Positions 1 through 9,343 of a DNA stretch of 64,000 nucleotides are shown here, one piece after another. A program made the position numbers and the translations under genes. This DNA comes from a virus (taxonomy: Duplodnaviria; Caudoviricetes). Under the pieces are notes generated by a model. It ran no database searches and was not told the DNA's origin. It saw nothing but the letters and a program-made list of their open reading frames with translations. The stretch's first letter is position 1. Each line of letters begins with the position of its first letter. The stretch is from IMG/VR virus record IMGVR_UViG_3300014205_000187, positions 32,001-96,000 of that record; one strand, given 5' to 3'.

Positions 1-290
1 CTTATCTTCGGTCTCTCATTGAAGAGAACAAGGCCAAGCAAGCCACTCTGATAAAGAAAATGAATAAGGCTCAGGAAGAGGACGAATCGGATACCTTCGA
101 CGTGCTGGAAGAAAAAGTAGGAGAGATCACACAGCAGATAAGCGTCCTCGAAAGCTGCATCAATATCAAAGAGACTGTGTACAAAAGCCAGGTTCCCCCT
201 GACCTCAAAGACGAGCTGACTGAGGATAAGCTCGTTGAGACAGGCATGCAGTTCAACAAAGGTGGAGAGGAATATCTCGAAATCGAATAA
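1..290 (+). CDS. Hypothetical protein, 5'-truncated by the window edge
   Basis: The frame of ORF 60..290 is open back to position 3; acidic coiled-coil-like sequence; followed by hairpins. Confidence 0.6.
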   Translation, partial: YLRSLIEENKAKQATLIKKMNKAQEEDESDTFDVLEEKVGEITQQISVLESCINIKETVYKSQVPPDLKDELTEDKLVETGMQFNKGGEEYLEIE

Positions 291-295
291 GTCTT

Positions 296-368
296 CCTTG
301 TGCGTAGTACAGTAGTGCACAAGGTCAATAAACGTGCCGGGTAGTAACTGCATTACCGGCACGTTTAA
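296..368 (+). terminator. Two tandem stem-loops (terminator or processing site)
   Basis: ccttgtgc/gcacaagg (~296-324) and aaacgtgccgg/ccggcacgttt (~330-366), followed by aattttt. Confidence 0.55.
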
Positions 369-389
369 TTTTAGAAAGATAATTAACTT

Positions 390-864
390 TTGGATACAAA
401 CAAACTTCGTCTATTAAAGTCTGTAAAAATTGACCCTCAAACAAAATGTTGGATATGGACTGCGGGTAGAGCAACAAAAGCTGGTTATGGACGAATGTGG
501 AATAGTTTAACCCGAAAAGCTGATTATGCTCATAGAATATCTTTTATTGTGTTTAAGGGAAGCATTCCAGAGACTATGGAAGTGTGCCATACTTGCGATA
601 ATACAATGTGTGTAAACCCAGATCATTTGTTTACGGCACATCATATAGGCAATATGCATGACATGGTTAATAAAGGTCGTGCAAAAACATCCTCCTATGC
701 AAGGACAAAGAAATGGACGAGCAAAATTAAGAGATGAGGATATAATAGCTATCCGTAGTGCTCATTCAAAAGGTGAGAGTGGTTCAGAACTCGCTAGAAA
801 CTATAAAGTAAATCCTAATGCAATAAGCCGAATAGTACGAAAAGTAAGCTGGATACATGTTTAG
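390..864 (+). pseudogene. HNH homing endonuclease with C-terminal HTH, split by a frameshift
   Basis: 390..737 has CWIW, AHR and VCHTCDN..CVNPDHL..N..DM; the overlapping frame 658..864 has QGQRNGRAKL...ELARNYKV...ISRI. Removing one A from the A5 run at 683-687 fuses them. Confidence 0.8.
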
Positions 865-1510
865 AAAGGTGACTAACTTGGATGTTATCAAACCCTCATA
901 CAAAATATACAATCCCAAGACCCCAGAAGAAGGTTTGGGTATTCTTCAGATGATCGAACAGGCTGCTCGGACTTGTTATAAAAGTGAAAGTCAAATCACC
1001 GAGGACTCGGCTGAAAAGTTCGTCAAGATGCTCAGAGACCGGAAACATCATGCGATGCTGGAGTTCGGCAACATGACGGTAAAGATCGTGACCGACCGGG
1101 GAATCACACATGAACTTGTTCGTCACCGTATCTGTTCCTTCGCTCAGGAAAGCACTCGTTATTGTGACTACGGCGGCAAAGGCATCACAGTGGTTATGCC
1201 CGGCGATATAGAAGTGGCTGATGGCGTTAAAGGTCAAGAAGGACGGCGTGTATGGACTCAGGCTATGGAGCAGGCTCAGAGGAATTATAACAGTCTTCGA
1301 GACCTGGGATACACTCCGCAAACAGCTCGGTCGGTGCTGCCAACGTGTCTCAAGACTGAGATCGTGATTTCCTGTAATGTGCGTGAGTGGATGCACATAT
1401 TTAGTATGAGGACACCGATTACAGCTCATCCAGATATGAGGGCACTTATGATACAATTATGGGAGGAGGCTTCTTCCTTAATTCCTATCATATTCGATGA
1501 TCTTAACTAA
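857..1510 (+). CDS. thyX: FAD-dependent thymidylate synthase
   Basis: ThyX signature ELVRHRICSFAQESTRY, plus AARTCY, H-x-x-x-LEF and ARSVLP motifs. Confidence 0.95.
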   Translation: MFRKVTNLDVIKPSYKIYNPKTPEEGLGILQMIEQAARTCYKSESQITEDSAEKFVKMLRDRKHHAMLEFGNMTVKIVTDRGITHELVRHRICSFAQESTRYCDYGGKGITVVMPGDIEVADGVKGQEGRRVWTQAMEQAQRNYNSLRDLGYTPQTARSVLPTCLKTEIVISCNVREWMHIFSMRTPITAHPDMRALMIQLWEEASSLIPIIFDDLN

Positions 1511-1527
1511 CGCATCGGAGGTATCTC

Positions 1528-1953
1528 ATGATACAGTCCTATAAGTTTGACTTAAAGAACTATCCATTTGAAAACATTAAGCAGAAGTATCCTCAAATAC
1601 AGCGTAAAATATACGATACTCTGCTTACAATGACGCCGAGCCAGCTTTTATTTGAATTGAACCAGATCAACTCAAATAAAGAGTTTTCTCTTGGACAAGT
1701 AGATGAGGATACATTCGAGATAATCGGCATAATCATGTCGAAGCTGATGGACAATAATCGCTTAGTGATGACTAAGGATGATGTGATAGTCAGCTATCTA
1801 AGATTCAAAGAGCTTATATTTTTACATAGCTGTGTTTCTCAAGGACTGATGAAAGTCCAAGTAACTGATAAAGACATCCAGTATGTCTGGGATAAATCTG
1901 TTCAGCCGACAACTAAAAAGAAACCAGGTAAACGGTATCGCTGTAGATTATAA
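1528..1953 (+). CDS. Hypothetical protein
   Basis: GGAGGT Shine-Dalgarno (SD); in operon. Confidence 0.7.
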   Translation: MIQSYKFDLKNYPFENIKQKYPQIQRKIYDTLLTMTPSQLLFELNQINSNKEFSLGQVDEDTFEIIGIIMSKLMDNNRLVMTKDDVIVSYLRFKELIFLHSCVSQGLMKVQVTDKDIQYVWDKSVQPTTKKKPGKRYRCRL

Positions 1954-1963
1954 GGTAGGCAAC

Positions 1964-4051
1964 ATGGAACTGAGCGTTGAAAACTTTTTCAACCCCGATA
2001 AAGGGCTTATAGCAGGAATGAAAGCTGACTTCTCTCCAAGAGAAGGTCAAGCTGAGTTCAGTGAGATGGTGTTGAAAGCCATAAACGATCAAGCAGACAT
2101 CATAGCCGAGGCTCCTACAGGATTTGGGAAGAGCTTTTCTGTGCTGGTTCCGGCTATTATTTCGGCGGTGTGTAACAACAAACGAATCGTTATATCCACT
2201 GAAACATTAACGCTACAAGATCAGTACATCGATAAAGACCTGCCTTTACTACAAGCTGCCTGCAATAAGGTTGGTATAGATTTCACATTTGCTGTGGCTA
2301 AGGGTCGAAGAAATTATCTCTGCAAAGCCAAGCTCGATGAAGACACATTCGAGGGTGCCGACTTTATGATGAAGTGGGCTTTGGAGCAGAAGATAATGAA
2401 CGGAAATACCGGAGACATTGCTTCGGTGCCTTTCGAGTTTGACCCTGCTGAATGGCGACACGTTTGTGCAGACGATGATTGTGAACGAGCTGCGTGTCCG
2501 TTCTATGGTGAAGGCAAAAAAGGAGAGACCAACTGCTTTGTCTATCACAATATCCAGAAGTTTCTTTCTGCCGACATCGTTGTAGCCAACCACATGTTGA
2601 CTCTGATAGACTGTGGTATTGGAGCTGGAACCATCCTCGGAGCCTATGATGCTTTGATTGTGGACGAAGCTCATGTCTTTGCTGAAAAGGCTCAAGACGC
2701 TTGGGGAGTCTCATTCAAACCCAATACAGTATCATCTATCTTGCAGGTTTTAGATCGAATGTTGCTTAAAGTCGGGGTAGATTACTTTGAGCCTAAGTTT
2801 GCTAAAAGGTATAGAAATCTGTCAGAAAGAGTGCTTGCGCCTTTTACACCACTTTTAGGACAGAATATAGCCCTTAAACAAATAGACCCTCGTATAATTG
2901 CAGAGTCCAGAGAAGCTGCTGATGTTTTAACGGCAGAGTTGAAAAGGGTCAACCACGATCTGTCTGACTACATAAATGAGCTTGAAAGTCATCCAAAAAC
3001 TATCGTCATCAGAGCTTGCAAGGAACGATTATCTAAGCTCGTTTCTGATTTAGGTGCTGTGTATGGTGACAATATAAACGATGAGCATAAAGATAACTGG
3101 CTCGTATTTCTGGAAACAGGTTATAGTAGAAAAAGACAGCCTTATGGGATTCTCAATCTGAAGCCTATCGATGTGGCTCCCCTTATGAAAGGGTATGTTT
3201 ACAACGTCATCCCCACCACAGTGTTTATGTCGGCCACGATGAGAATTGGCACCTCGTTTGGTTTTATGCGCCATCAGCTCGGAGTACCGGAAGGTACATT
3301 AGAGTTCATAGGAGAGAGTCCGTTTGATTTTGAGAAAAATGTCACTGGATATTTTCCTCGTCATTTGCCGGATAATAGAGACCCTAATTACTTGTCGGCT
3401 CTGTCTGATGAGATACTGAAAGTGCTCAAACACAGTAATGGCAAAGGGCTTGTGCTGTTCACAAACAACAATCACATGCGTTACTGTTATGAGCATGTGG
3501 CAGCCAAAGCTCCTCATAAGTGCTTCTTGCAAGGACAAGCCTCCAAGCCGGTGCTCATTGAGATGTTCAAAGACGACATCCACTCCTCTTTATTCGCCAC
3601 CAGGACGTTCTTCAGCGGCGTAGACATCCCTGGAGAGGCTCTGAGCTGTCTGGTATTGACCAAGGCTCCATTCGAGGTTCCAACAGACCCTATGTTCAAA
3701 GCAAAGAGTGACAAGATCGATGAGGCTGGAGGAGATTCGTTTAATATGCTTTCCATGCCTACCATGCTATTTCAAGTGAGGCAGGGGTTTGGGCGTCTTA
3801 TACGAACAACCGATGATAAAGGCATATTCGCATTTTTGGATAGTCGAGCGATGAATAAGTCTTACGGTAGACGAATCGTGAATGCTCTGCCGGACATCCA
3901 GATCGTTGAAAGTTTGAACGGTAAGGTAGTTGATAAACCAACTAAGACCTATGCTGCTTGTCCAAAGCCGTCCAAAGTGTTCAGAGACGATGAGCGCGAT
4001 GAACCAAGTACGGCGGCTAAAAGTAAAACTGCCTGCATCGAAGATGATTAG
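1964..4051 (+). CDS. DinG/YoaA-family ATP-dependent DNA helicase (Fe-S type)
   Basis: Q motif REGQ, Walker A EAPTGFGKS, KGRRNYLC with further Cys, DEAH, SAT, QGFGRLIR; start placed at ATG 1964. Confidence 0.92.
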   Translation: MELSVENFFNPDKGLIAGMKADFSPREGQAEFSEMVLKAINDQADIIAEAPTGFGKSFSVLVPAIISAVCNNKRIVISTETLTLQDQYIDKDLPLLQAACNKVGIDFTFAVAKGRRNYLCKAKLDEDTFEGADFMMKWALEQKIMNGNTGDIASVPFEFDPAEWRHVCADDDCERAACPFYGEGKKGETNCFVYHNIQKFLSADIVVANHMLTLIDCGIGAGTILGAYDALIVDEAHVFAEKAQDAWGVSFKPNTVSSILQVLDRMLLKVGVDYFEPKFAKRYRNLSERVLAPFTPLLGQNIALKQIDPRIIAESREAADVLTAELKRVNHDLSDYINELESHPKTIVIRACKERLSKLVSDLGAVYGDNINDEHKDNWLVFLETGYSRKRQPYGILNLKPIDVAPLMKGYVYNVIPTTVFMSATMRIGTSFGFMRHQLGVPEGTLEFIGESPFDFEKNVTGYFPRHLPDNRDPNYLSALSDEILKVLKHSNGKGLVLFTNNNHMRYCYEHVAAKAPHKCFLQGQASKPVLIEMFKDDIHSSLFATRTFFSGVDIPGEALSCLVLTKAPFEVPTDPMFKAKSDKIDEAGGDSFNMLSMPTMLFQVRQGFGRLIRTTDDKGIFAFLDSRAMNKSYGRRIVNALPDIQIVESLNGKVVDKPTKTYAACPKPSKVFRDDERDEPSTAAKSKTACIEDD

Positions 4052-4055
4052 ATAC

Positions 4056-4084
4056 TTGTCAACTCAGCAGAAATATAGTAAGAT
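4056..4084 (+). promoter_or_regulatory. Sigma70-like promoter, probably leaderless
   Basis: TTGTCA-17-TAAGAT, with ATG 6 nt downstream and no SD. Confidence 0.55.
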
Positions 4085-4090
4085 ACCTTT

Positions 4091-4669
4091 ATGATTAACA
4101 ATATCATTGCTCGGGTGAATGGCAACCTCAACCCAAGTACCTGTGAAACTCTTTCGGGTCTTGTAGGTTCTATGCCTGTAGGGGGAACCATTCTTGATCT
4201 TAATTGTGGCGAGGGAAGGTCTACGGTAGTTATGGGCCTGGCTCTTGAACAGGCTGCCAAAGAGGGAACTATTGTGGCTATCGATAGTCATGTTACTGAC
4301 CCTTTTTCAGATACGCCATTTCAAGATGGCACGGTGATGAGGTTCCTTCTAAATCTTCGTAAGTTTGGAGTAATGCAAAGGGTAGTTTCTGTTGTGGCTC
4401 CAGTCTATAATTTGAGTTTCGTAAACAAACGCAGTGCCAACCTCGTAGTAATTCAGTCTCCTTTGACTTCTCGATCTGCCTGGAATGAGGACGCGCTGGA
4501 CCAGAGTATGAAAATAGCTAAGTTTGCCTTGCGTAAAGGTGGTAATATAGCTATCTGTTGTCCGGCAGAAGTCCATAAAACAGCCTTTCAAGCCTTCGCC
4601 AAGCGGCATTTCTCAAACCTGGAGCCATGTATTGCCAGTGAAACCCTACTCGTATATACAATAGGTTGA
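4091..4669 (+). CDS. Class I SAM-dependent methyltransferase (Methyltransf_24-like)
   Basis: ILDLNCGEGRST SAM motif, IVAIDSH, LRKGG. Confidence 0.7.
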   Translation: MINNIIARVNGNLNPSTCETLSGLVGSMPVGGTILDLNCGEGRSTVVMGLALEQAAKEGTIVAIDSHVTDPFSDTPFQDGTVMRFLLNLRKFGVMQRVVSVVAPVYNLSFVNKRSANLVVIQSPLTSRSAWNEDALDQSMKIAKFALRKGGNIAICCPAEVHKTAFQAFAKRHFSNLEPCIASETLLVYTIG

Positions 4670-4768
4670 TTTTAACAAATGAGAAAGTTGGAACCGATAC
4701 CGTTAGACTTTATAGTCTGATCGTGCAGCAGGAATCGAGTTCCAAACGCTCTGGAAAGGAGGTATCCA

Positions 4769-5098
4769 ATGGAAGAACTGATTAAGCTGTGGTTGAAACC
4801 CGATTACATAGCTATGCTGGCTGTTATCACGCTGACTGTAAAGCTGGCATTGGTTCCTCTCATCAAGAACCTGTTCTTTTACAACACCAACGAGAAGGGA
4901 TATACGTCTGTTCGTATTACCTATGTGATGTCAATCATCGTGGGCTTCCTTTACAAGTTCCTTTTCCCCTTTGGAGCGTGGACTGCTCGTGATGTCATCA
5001 TGGTAATCATCGTAGGCGTATTTTCTGCATTCTCAGCTCTTGGTGCCAATGTCACTACGCAGGCTATAAGAGGCAAGGATGTCAGTATAACAAGGTAA
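4769..5098 (+). CDS. Three-TM membrane protein, holin-like
   Basis: Three hydrophobic segments, basic C-terminus, strong AAGGAGGT SD. Confidence 0.55.
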   Translation: MEELIKLWLKPDYIAMLAVITLTVKLALVPLIKNLFFYNTNEKGYTSVRITYVMSIIVGFLYKFLFPFGAWTARDVIMVIIVGVFSAFSALGANVTTQAIRGKDVSITR

Positions 5099-5103
5099 TA
5101 GCC

Positions 5104-5472
5104 ATGCAACAAGAACCATTCCCGTTTTGGACAAGCGAAAAGGTGCATACCTACACAGAAGTTCAAGAGTTCTGTGCGCGACAATATAGTCAACGGGGAC
5201 CCGGTTTAATTGAGGTCACACAAAAGTACCTTGAGAAATATGGTAAAGCACGATCAAGGCCGGAACTTCTTGAGGTACTTTTATGTCTGGATGAGTTATC
5301 GTTAAGACTTAGCTGCTTCAATACCGTCTGGGTAGAGTTCAGCGAAGCAGTTTTTGAGGTGTTGGTTTTACCTGGCAAAGTCAGCATCACAAAGACACAT
5401 AAGTATCTAACTGAAACCTTTCAAGCTACACTTAGGAGAATCGATAGTGGAAAACAACCTGGAACCAACTGA
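5104..5472 (+). CDS. Hypothetical protein
   Basis: ORF in operon. Confidence 0.55.
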   Translation: MQQEPFPFWTSEKVHTYTEVQEFCARQYSQRGPGLIEVTQKYLEKYGKARSRPELLEVLLCLDELSLRLSCFNTVWVEFSEAVFEVLVLPGKVSITKTHKYLTETFQATLRRIDSGKQPGTN

Positions 5473-5812
5473 AGAGCACGAAGATGATGAGCAGACCGCA
5501 GAGTTTGAACTCGAACCAAAAATAATAGAGATAGAGGTCCCGAACACAGCCGCTATTTTTTACTATGAGGGCGGTCTTAAAGCTGGTCTTGAAGCTCTTA
5601 TCAATACCAAACATATACAAGAACTATCTAACATGTCTGATGATGCAGCGATTGTCAGAGATGCTATCCACGCTTTAAGTAAGTTCTTGGAGGTCATTCA
5701 ACAGGTCAAATTGGATGTCATACAAGAGCATCAGGATATTAGAGAAGCTAAGGCTGCCGGGATTCAAGCCTCTATCATGCCGAATAAACTAGAGGAAGAT
5801 GATGACGATTAG
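5447..5812 (+). CDS. Hypothetical acidic protein
   Basis: AGGAG SD with GTG start. Confidence 0.65.
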   Translation: MENNLEPTEEHEDDEQTAEFELEPKIIEIEVPNTAAIFYYEGGLKAGLEALINTKHIQELSNMSDDAAIVRDAIHALSKFLEVIQQVKLDVIQEHQDIREAKAAGIQASIMPNKLEEDDDD

Positions 5813-6435
5813 ACAGGAGCCGACTGTTTCATACGTTCCAAAAGTTTAGCTCTACCCTCGTCAGTCATCCCTTCGATAGCTGCTTCTACAGGATTGGTGA
5901 ACTCTTCTCCGTCTTTTGCACCTTTCTTCTCGTCTATTCCTTGGAGTTTCATAAGGGTTGTTTCAACCTGAAGCAGCAAAGCCATAAGCCGTCCATCAGG
6001 ATTGCCAGCCGTATTCTCTTGAAGCTGTGCCTTATAACGAAGCATCTCTCCGATGGCTCTACCTTTAGCGACTTCTCGCTCTTCATCAGTCATCGGTTGA
6101 CCCATTCTACGCCATTCAGATTCCAGGGTCTCGATGTCTTTTTTTACATCGTTCTGAAGCACATCCAAAAGATTGGCTATTTCCGGCACAGTGAGACGCC
6201 ACAAAATAAGCAGTTGTTCAACTTTTACTCTACGAGGAAGATTCGGTTTTACCCCATACTCAGTCCATAGTATTTCTGCCTGACTTTTAGGTTTGTCACT
6301 GAAAAAATCTGGTGTCTGTTTCTTACTTTCAAACTCTTCGTCGTCATCAAAGACAGGCAGCCCAAGATTTTTTCGTTCTTCGCTGGGGTATAAGTATTCA
6401 ACTTTATCTTTTACTTTACGTGTCCTGGAAGCCAT
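5809..6435 (-). CDS. HTH protein, possible terminase small subunit
   Basis: HTH LTVPEIANLLDVLQNDVKKDI followed by helical segments and KLQGID; GGAGGGG SD. Confidence 0.5.
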   Translation of the reverse strand: MASRTRKVKDKVEYLYPSEERKNLGLPVFDDDEEFESKKQTPDFFSDKPKSQAEILWTEYGVKPNLPRRVKVEQLLILWRLTVPEIANLLDVLQNDVKKDIETLESEWRRMGQPMTDEEREVAKGRAIGEMLRYKAQLQENTAGNPDGRLMALLLQVETTLMKLQGIDEKKGAKDGEEFTNPVEAAIEGMTDEGRAKLLERMKQSAPV

Positions 6436-9199
6436 TGATACCCCTCCACTGTTGAACACTGACTCCGTATAGTTCAGATACTTTTTGTAGGTTTACCTTG
6501 ACGCAGATTCCAAACTCAGGATGATCTTCCAGGAACTCCACAAAAACGGAATCTGCTTGAGTATGATTGTCTTTTAATAGAGCAATGAAGCCATGTTTAT
6601 CAGTGATGGCTGCCGAATCAGAAGATTTAACGTAAGGACGCATAAGCCTATACCATCTTACCATATCGAAGTAGATGAAATTATTGTCATCGATGTCCCA
6701 GATATAAAGAGCACCTTCATGACTCATTTTAGCTCGATGACCTTCTACAATTATCTGGTCAGTGATCTCGAATAAGTGTTTAAGTGTCTGCATATCGTAA
6801 GTTTGCTTGGGGTCTAAAGAACTGTCACTGGCATAAAGAGCGTCAAGCATTTCTATCTTTTTAAGAGGAAACTCCAAGCCATACGAATTGTAGAGTTCGT
6901 TCATCATCATCAGTCCGGCAGCTTTATTTGTACAACTAACTCTTTTTCTAGGCATACTGGAAGGACACGTTTTGTTTATTAGAGTCTCGGCCAAACCTTT
7001 ATCGTTATTGCCCGTTCCGATGATTTCATATACCGTATCAAGATTGTTGGAAGACCATCGTATAAGCAAGGAACCCAAATACCCAGCCCATCTTCTATCC
7101 ATGAGCCATTGTTGTTGTTCAGCCAACTGCATTCGTTCTTCTTCGGATTTTTCAGCCAGGTCTCCCAGAAACTTTCGATTTACAGTTATGATGAAGCTCC
7201 TACTGACTGTAGCTTCATCGTGGTATTGATGCTCTCCAATGAGGCATAGAGGAGTTTCTACTTTGTTCTTATCCAGGGATTCTCCCCCTGATTTTCCTCT
7301 GGTTATCAAACTGCCATCAAATAAGGCTCTCATGATCTCCAGAGTGCGTCGAACCTTGATCTCGTCCAGGTTTCTGAACTCATCTATCACCAAAGGGCAT
7401 ATATTGGAACCTATCAAATACTTTTCGATAGAGAATGCCGAGGAAGCGAATGAATGGACAGTTGAAGCTCCGTAGTGCATCGCTAAAACTTCTTTGGTCA
7501 GCCAGGTTTTTCCTGACTGCGAAAGACCATTAACGACCAAGGCCGGAAATCCGTGGAATCGTTGCCAAAAGAGTCCTTTGATAGCGCATGAAGCAAACCA
7601 TCCAAGAGCAGGCCAGATCAATCGTTCTTCATGACAGGTTGGATAATACTCAGCAAACTTGGATAGATATTCAATGGCTTCGTCTCGTCCTATCATCTGT
7701 TCAATGGCACCCGGTTTGCATACGGTGTCGTCTCCCCCTGTCCACTGATATTCAGGGTGCGGTGTACCTGGCATAAGCAGTGTCGGCACCTTTTTATGGA
7801 CATCCAGCCAGCCATAGTAACTGGACTCTCGAATAGATACATTAGGGCATGTGGCTGCCAGATAACTGATATATTGCGCCCATAGTTTTGGCTGCTCGAT
7901 AGACAGTCCCACAGGCATACCTTTGATGGTTAAGAACTTGTGCCATTGAGAGTGTTTTTCGGTTGAAATCTCTACCAGGGCTGGAGGCTCTCCTTGGGTA
8001 ATTACATCAGCAAGCCATACAGAGGTATTCGTATCAGCTTTGATGAGACGGCCTCGTAATCGAATCACAAAGTTTGCAAACTTGGTAGTTGCTGCATCTG
8101 CTGTGAAATGCGTTTCAAATCCATGACGTTCACAAAAGTCGTAATTCCCTTTATCTTCAGGTTGCGTAGGGTCTATATTCTCAGGAAAAAAGTCGAATCC
8201 TCTCTTTTTACAATAGGTGACTTTTAATCCTGTCCAAAACTTAATTGCCTGCTCAACATCCTCAGCTATAGCAACGTAATCCGTTCTAAGAGACGCCAAG
8301 GTTCCCAGGTCAGCATCGTAAGTAGTGTCGATGTCCGGCGTTCGATCTTCACCATCGCTGAAGAACTTTTGAGTCTCTTTGACCAGGCGTTTACAGGCTT
8401 CTTTGTTTATGCCGTTTTTTCGGACAGTACCAGCGAGTCTGAGGATGATCTCATGCCGTTCGCCTTCTTCCCATATCTCAGTCAGAGCTTTAGTGACAGC
8501 ATAAGCGACTACTCGGGGAACTATATCGGGGTCTGGTTGAAAGCGTTCTTTTAAGGCTTTGAGGGAGTATACAATATCGGTCAGTTTGGTGGCTTTCGCC
8601 ATAACTGGATTGGTGTATTCTCGTTTGATATTTATGGAGCCTGGTAGACGCATAAGACGCCCCAGGTTTACGACTTTGGTATCCCCACCATAATAAAGAG
8701 CTATATCGTATAGAACTCCAGCCAGATCATCTGCGAATTGCTCTTTGTCACCATTGCACTGGTAAGGCTCTTTAAGTTTCCAAAACCCTTGGATACCGTT
8801 TTCTGATGATCTTACCCAACCAGAAACATCTTCCACGGATTTTAGATCGGTGTAGAACTCTTCTCCTGAAAAACCGAGCTTTTTACAAGCATCGATGTCG
8901 CACCATAGAGCGGGGATTTCAACGCAGTTATTTCCGTGGTTGTTGCCTTTTTTCTCACGAATAGTGGCTGTCGAAAATGTTTGTGACCATAAATGGCTTT
9001 GTTCTTCCCACCAGATAGAATCAACCTTCTCAGGGCGTGAGAAGGCTGTTGGATTCAGGTCATATTTATCCTGCCGGGCTTCTGCTGGGTCAGAGCTGGG
9101 TCGTTGACGTAAGATGTATATATAACCATCAGGGTCATCGCCGAACAACCAACGCAAAAACTCGACTGCATGTTGTGCATCAGTCGTAGTTGTCGTCAT
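6416..9199 (-). CDS. DNA primase-polymerase/helicase (RepB-like AEP + PriCT + P-loop domain)
   Basis: WCDID, RLMRLPGSIN, GERHE, Walker A GLSQSGKT, Walker B VIDEF. Confidence 0.85.
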   Translation of the reverse strand: MTTTTTDAQHAVEFLRWLFGDDPDGYIYILRQRPSSDPAEARQDKYDLNPTAFSRPEKVDSIWWEEQSHLWSQTFSTATIREKKGNNHGNNCVEIPALWCDIDACKKLGFSGEEFYTDLKSVEDVSGWVRSSENGIQGFWKLKEPYQCNGDKEQFADDLAGVLYDIALYYGGDTKVVNLGRLMRLPGSINIKREYTNPVMAKATKLTDIVYSLKALKERFQPDPDIVPRVVAYAVTKALTEIWEEGERHEIILRLAGTVRKNGINKEACKRLVKETQKFFSDGEDRTPDIDTTYDADLGTLASLRTDYVAIAEDVEQAIKFWTGLKVTYCKKRGFDFFPENIDPTQPEDKGNYDFCERHGFETHFTADAATTKFANFVIRLRGRLIKADTNTSVWLADVITQGEPPALVEISTEKHSQWHKFLTIKGMPVGLSIEQPKLWAQYISYLAATCPNVSIRESSYYGWLDVHKKVPTLLMPGTPHPEYQWTGGDDTVCKPGAIEQMIGRDEAIEYLSKFAEYYPTCHEERLIWPALGWFASCAIKGLFWQRFHGFPALVVNGLSQSGKTWLTKEVLAMHYGASTVHSFASSAFSIEKYLIGSNICPLVIDEFRNLDEIKVRRTLEIMRALFDGSLITRGKSGGESLDKNKVETPLCLIGEHQYHDEATVSRSFIITVNRKFLGDLAEKSEEERMQLAEQQQWLMDRRWAGYLGSLLIRWSSNNLDTVYEIIGTGNNDKGLAETLINKTCPSSMPRKRVSCTNKAAGLMMMNELYNSYGLEFPLKKIEMLDALYASDSSLDPKQTYDMQTLKHLFEITDQIIVEGHRAKMSHEGALYIWDIDDNNFIYFDMVRWYRLMRPYVKSSDSAAITDKHGFIALLKDNHTQADSVFVEFLEDHPEFGICVKVNLQKVSELYGVSVQQWRGINGFQDT

Positions 9200-9328
9200 A
9201 TACTGAGGAATCCTCGTTCTGAATATCGCCAAGTCATTATACTATATGCCTGAGTTATTTGCATAGCAAGTCAAGCGTCTCAGACCCAAAACAGGTAATT
9301 ATACGGGGAAGATTTTTTGAGGAGAGTA

Positions 9329-9337
9329 TGCTATACT
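9329..9337 (+). promoter_or_regulatory. Extended -10 promoter (TGcTATACT), leaderless
   Basis: ATG 9344 lies 6 nt after the -10 hexamer. Confidence 0.6.
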
Positions 9338-9343
9338 TTCCCC

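Noticed and set aside
296-864. Group I intron around the HNH gene (same idea for the two EndoVII genes)
   Set aside because: Flanking genes look complete and there is no room for, or sign of, a catalytic core
4688-4745. Hammerhead ribozyme or SRP RNA
   Set aside because: Only partial look-alikes (ctgatcg, gcagc); the conserved cores are not matched
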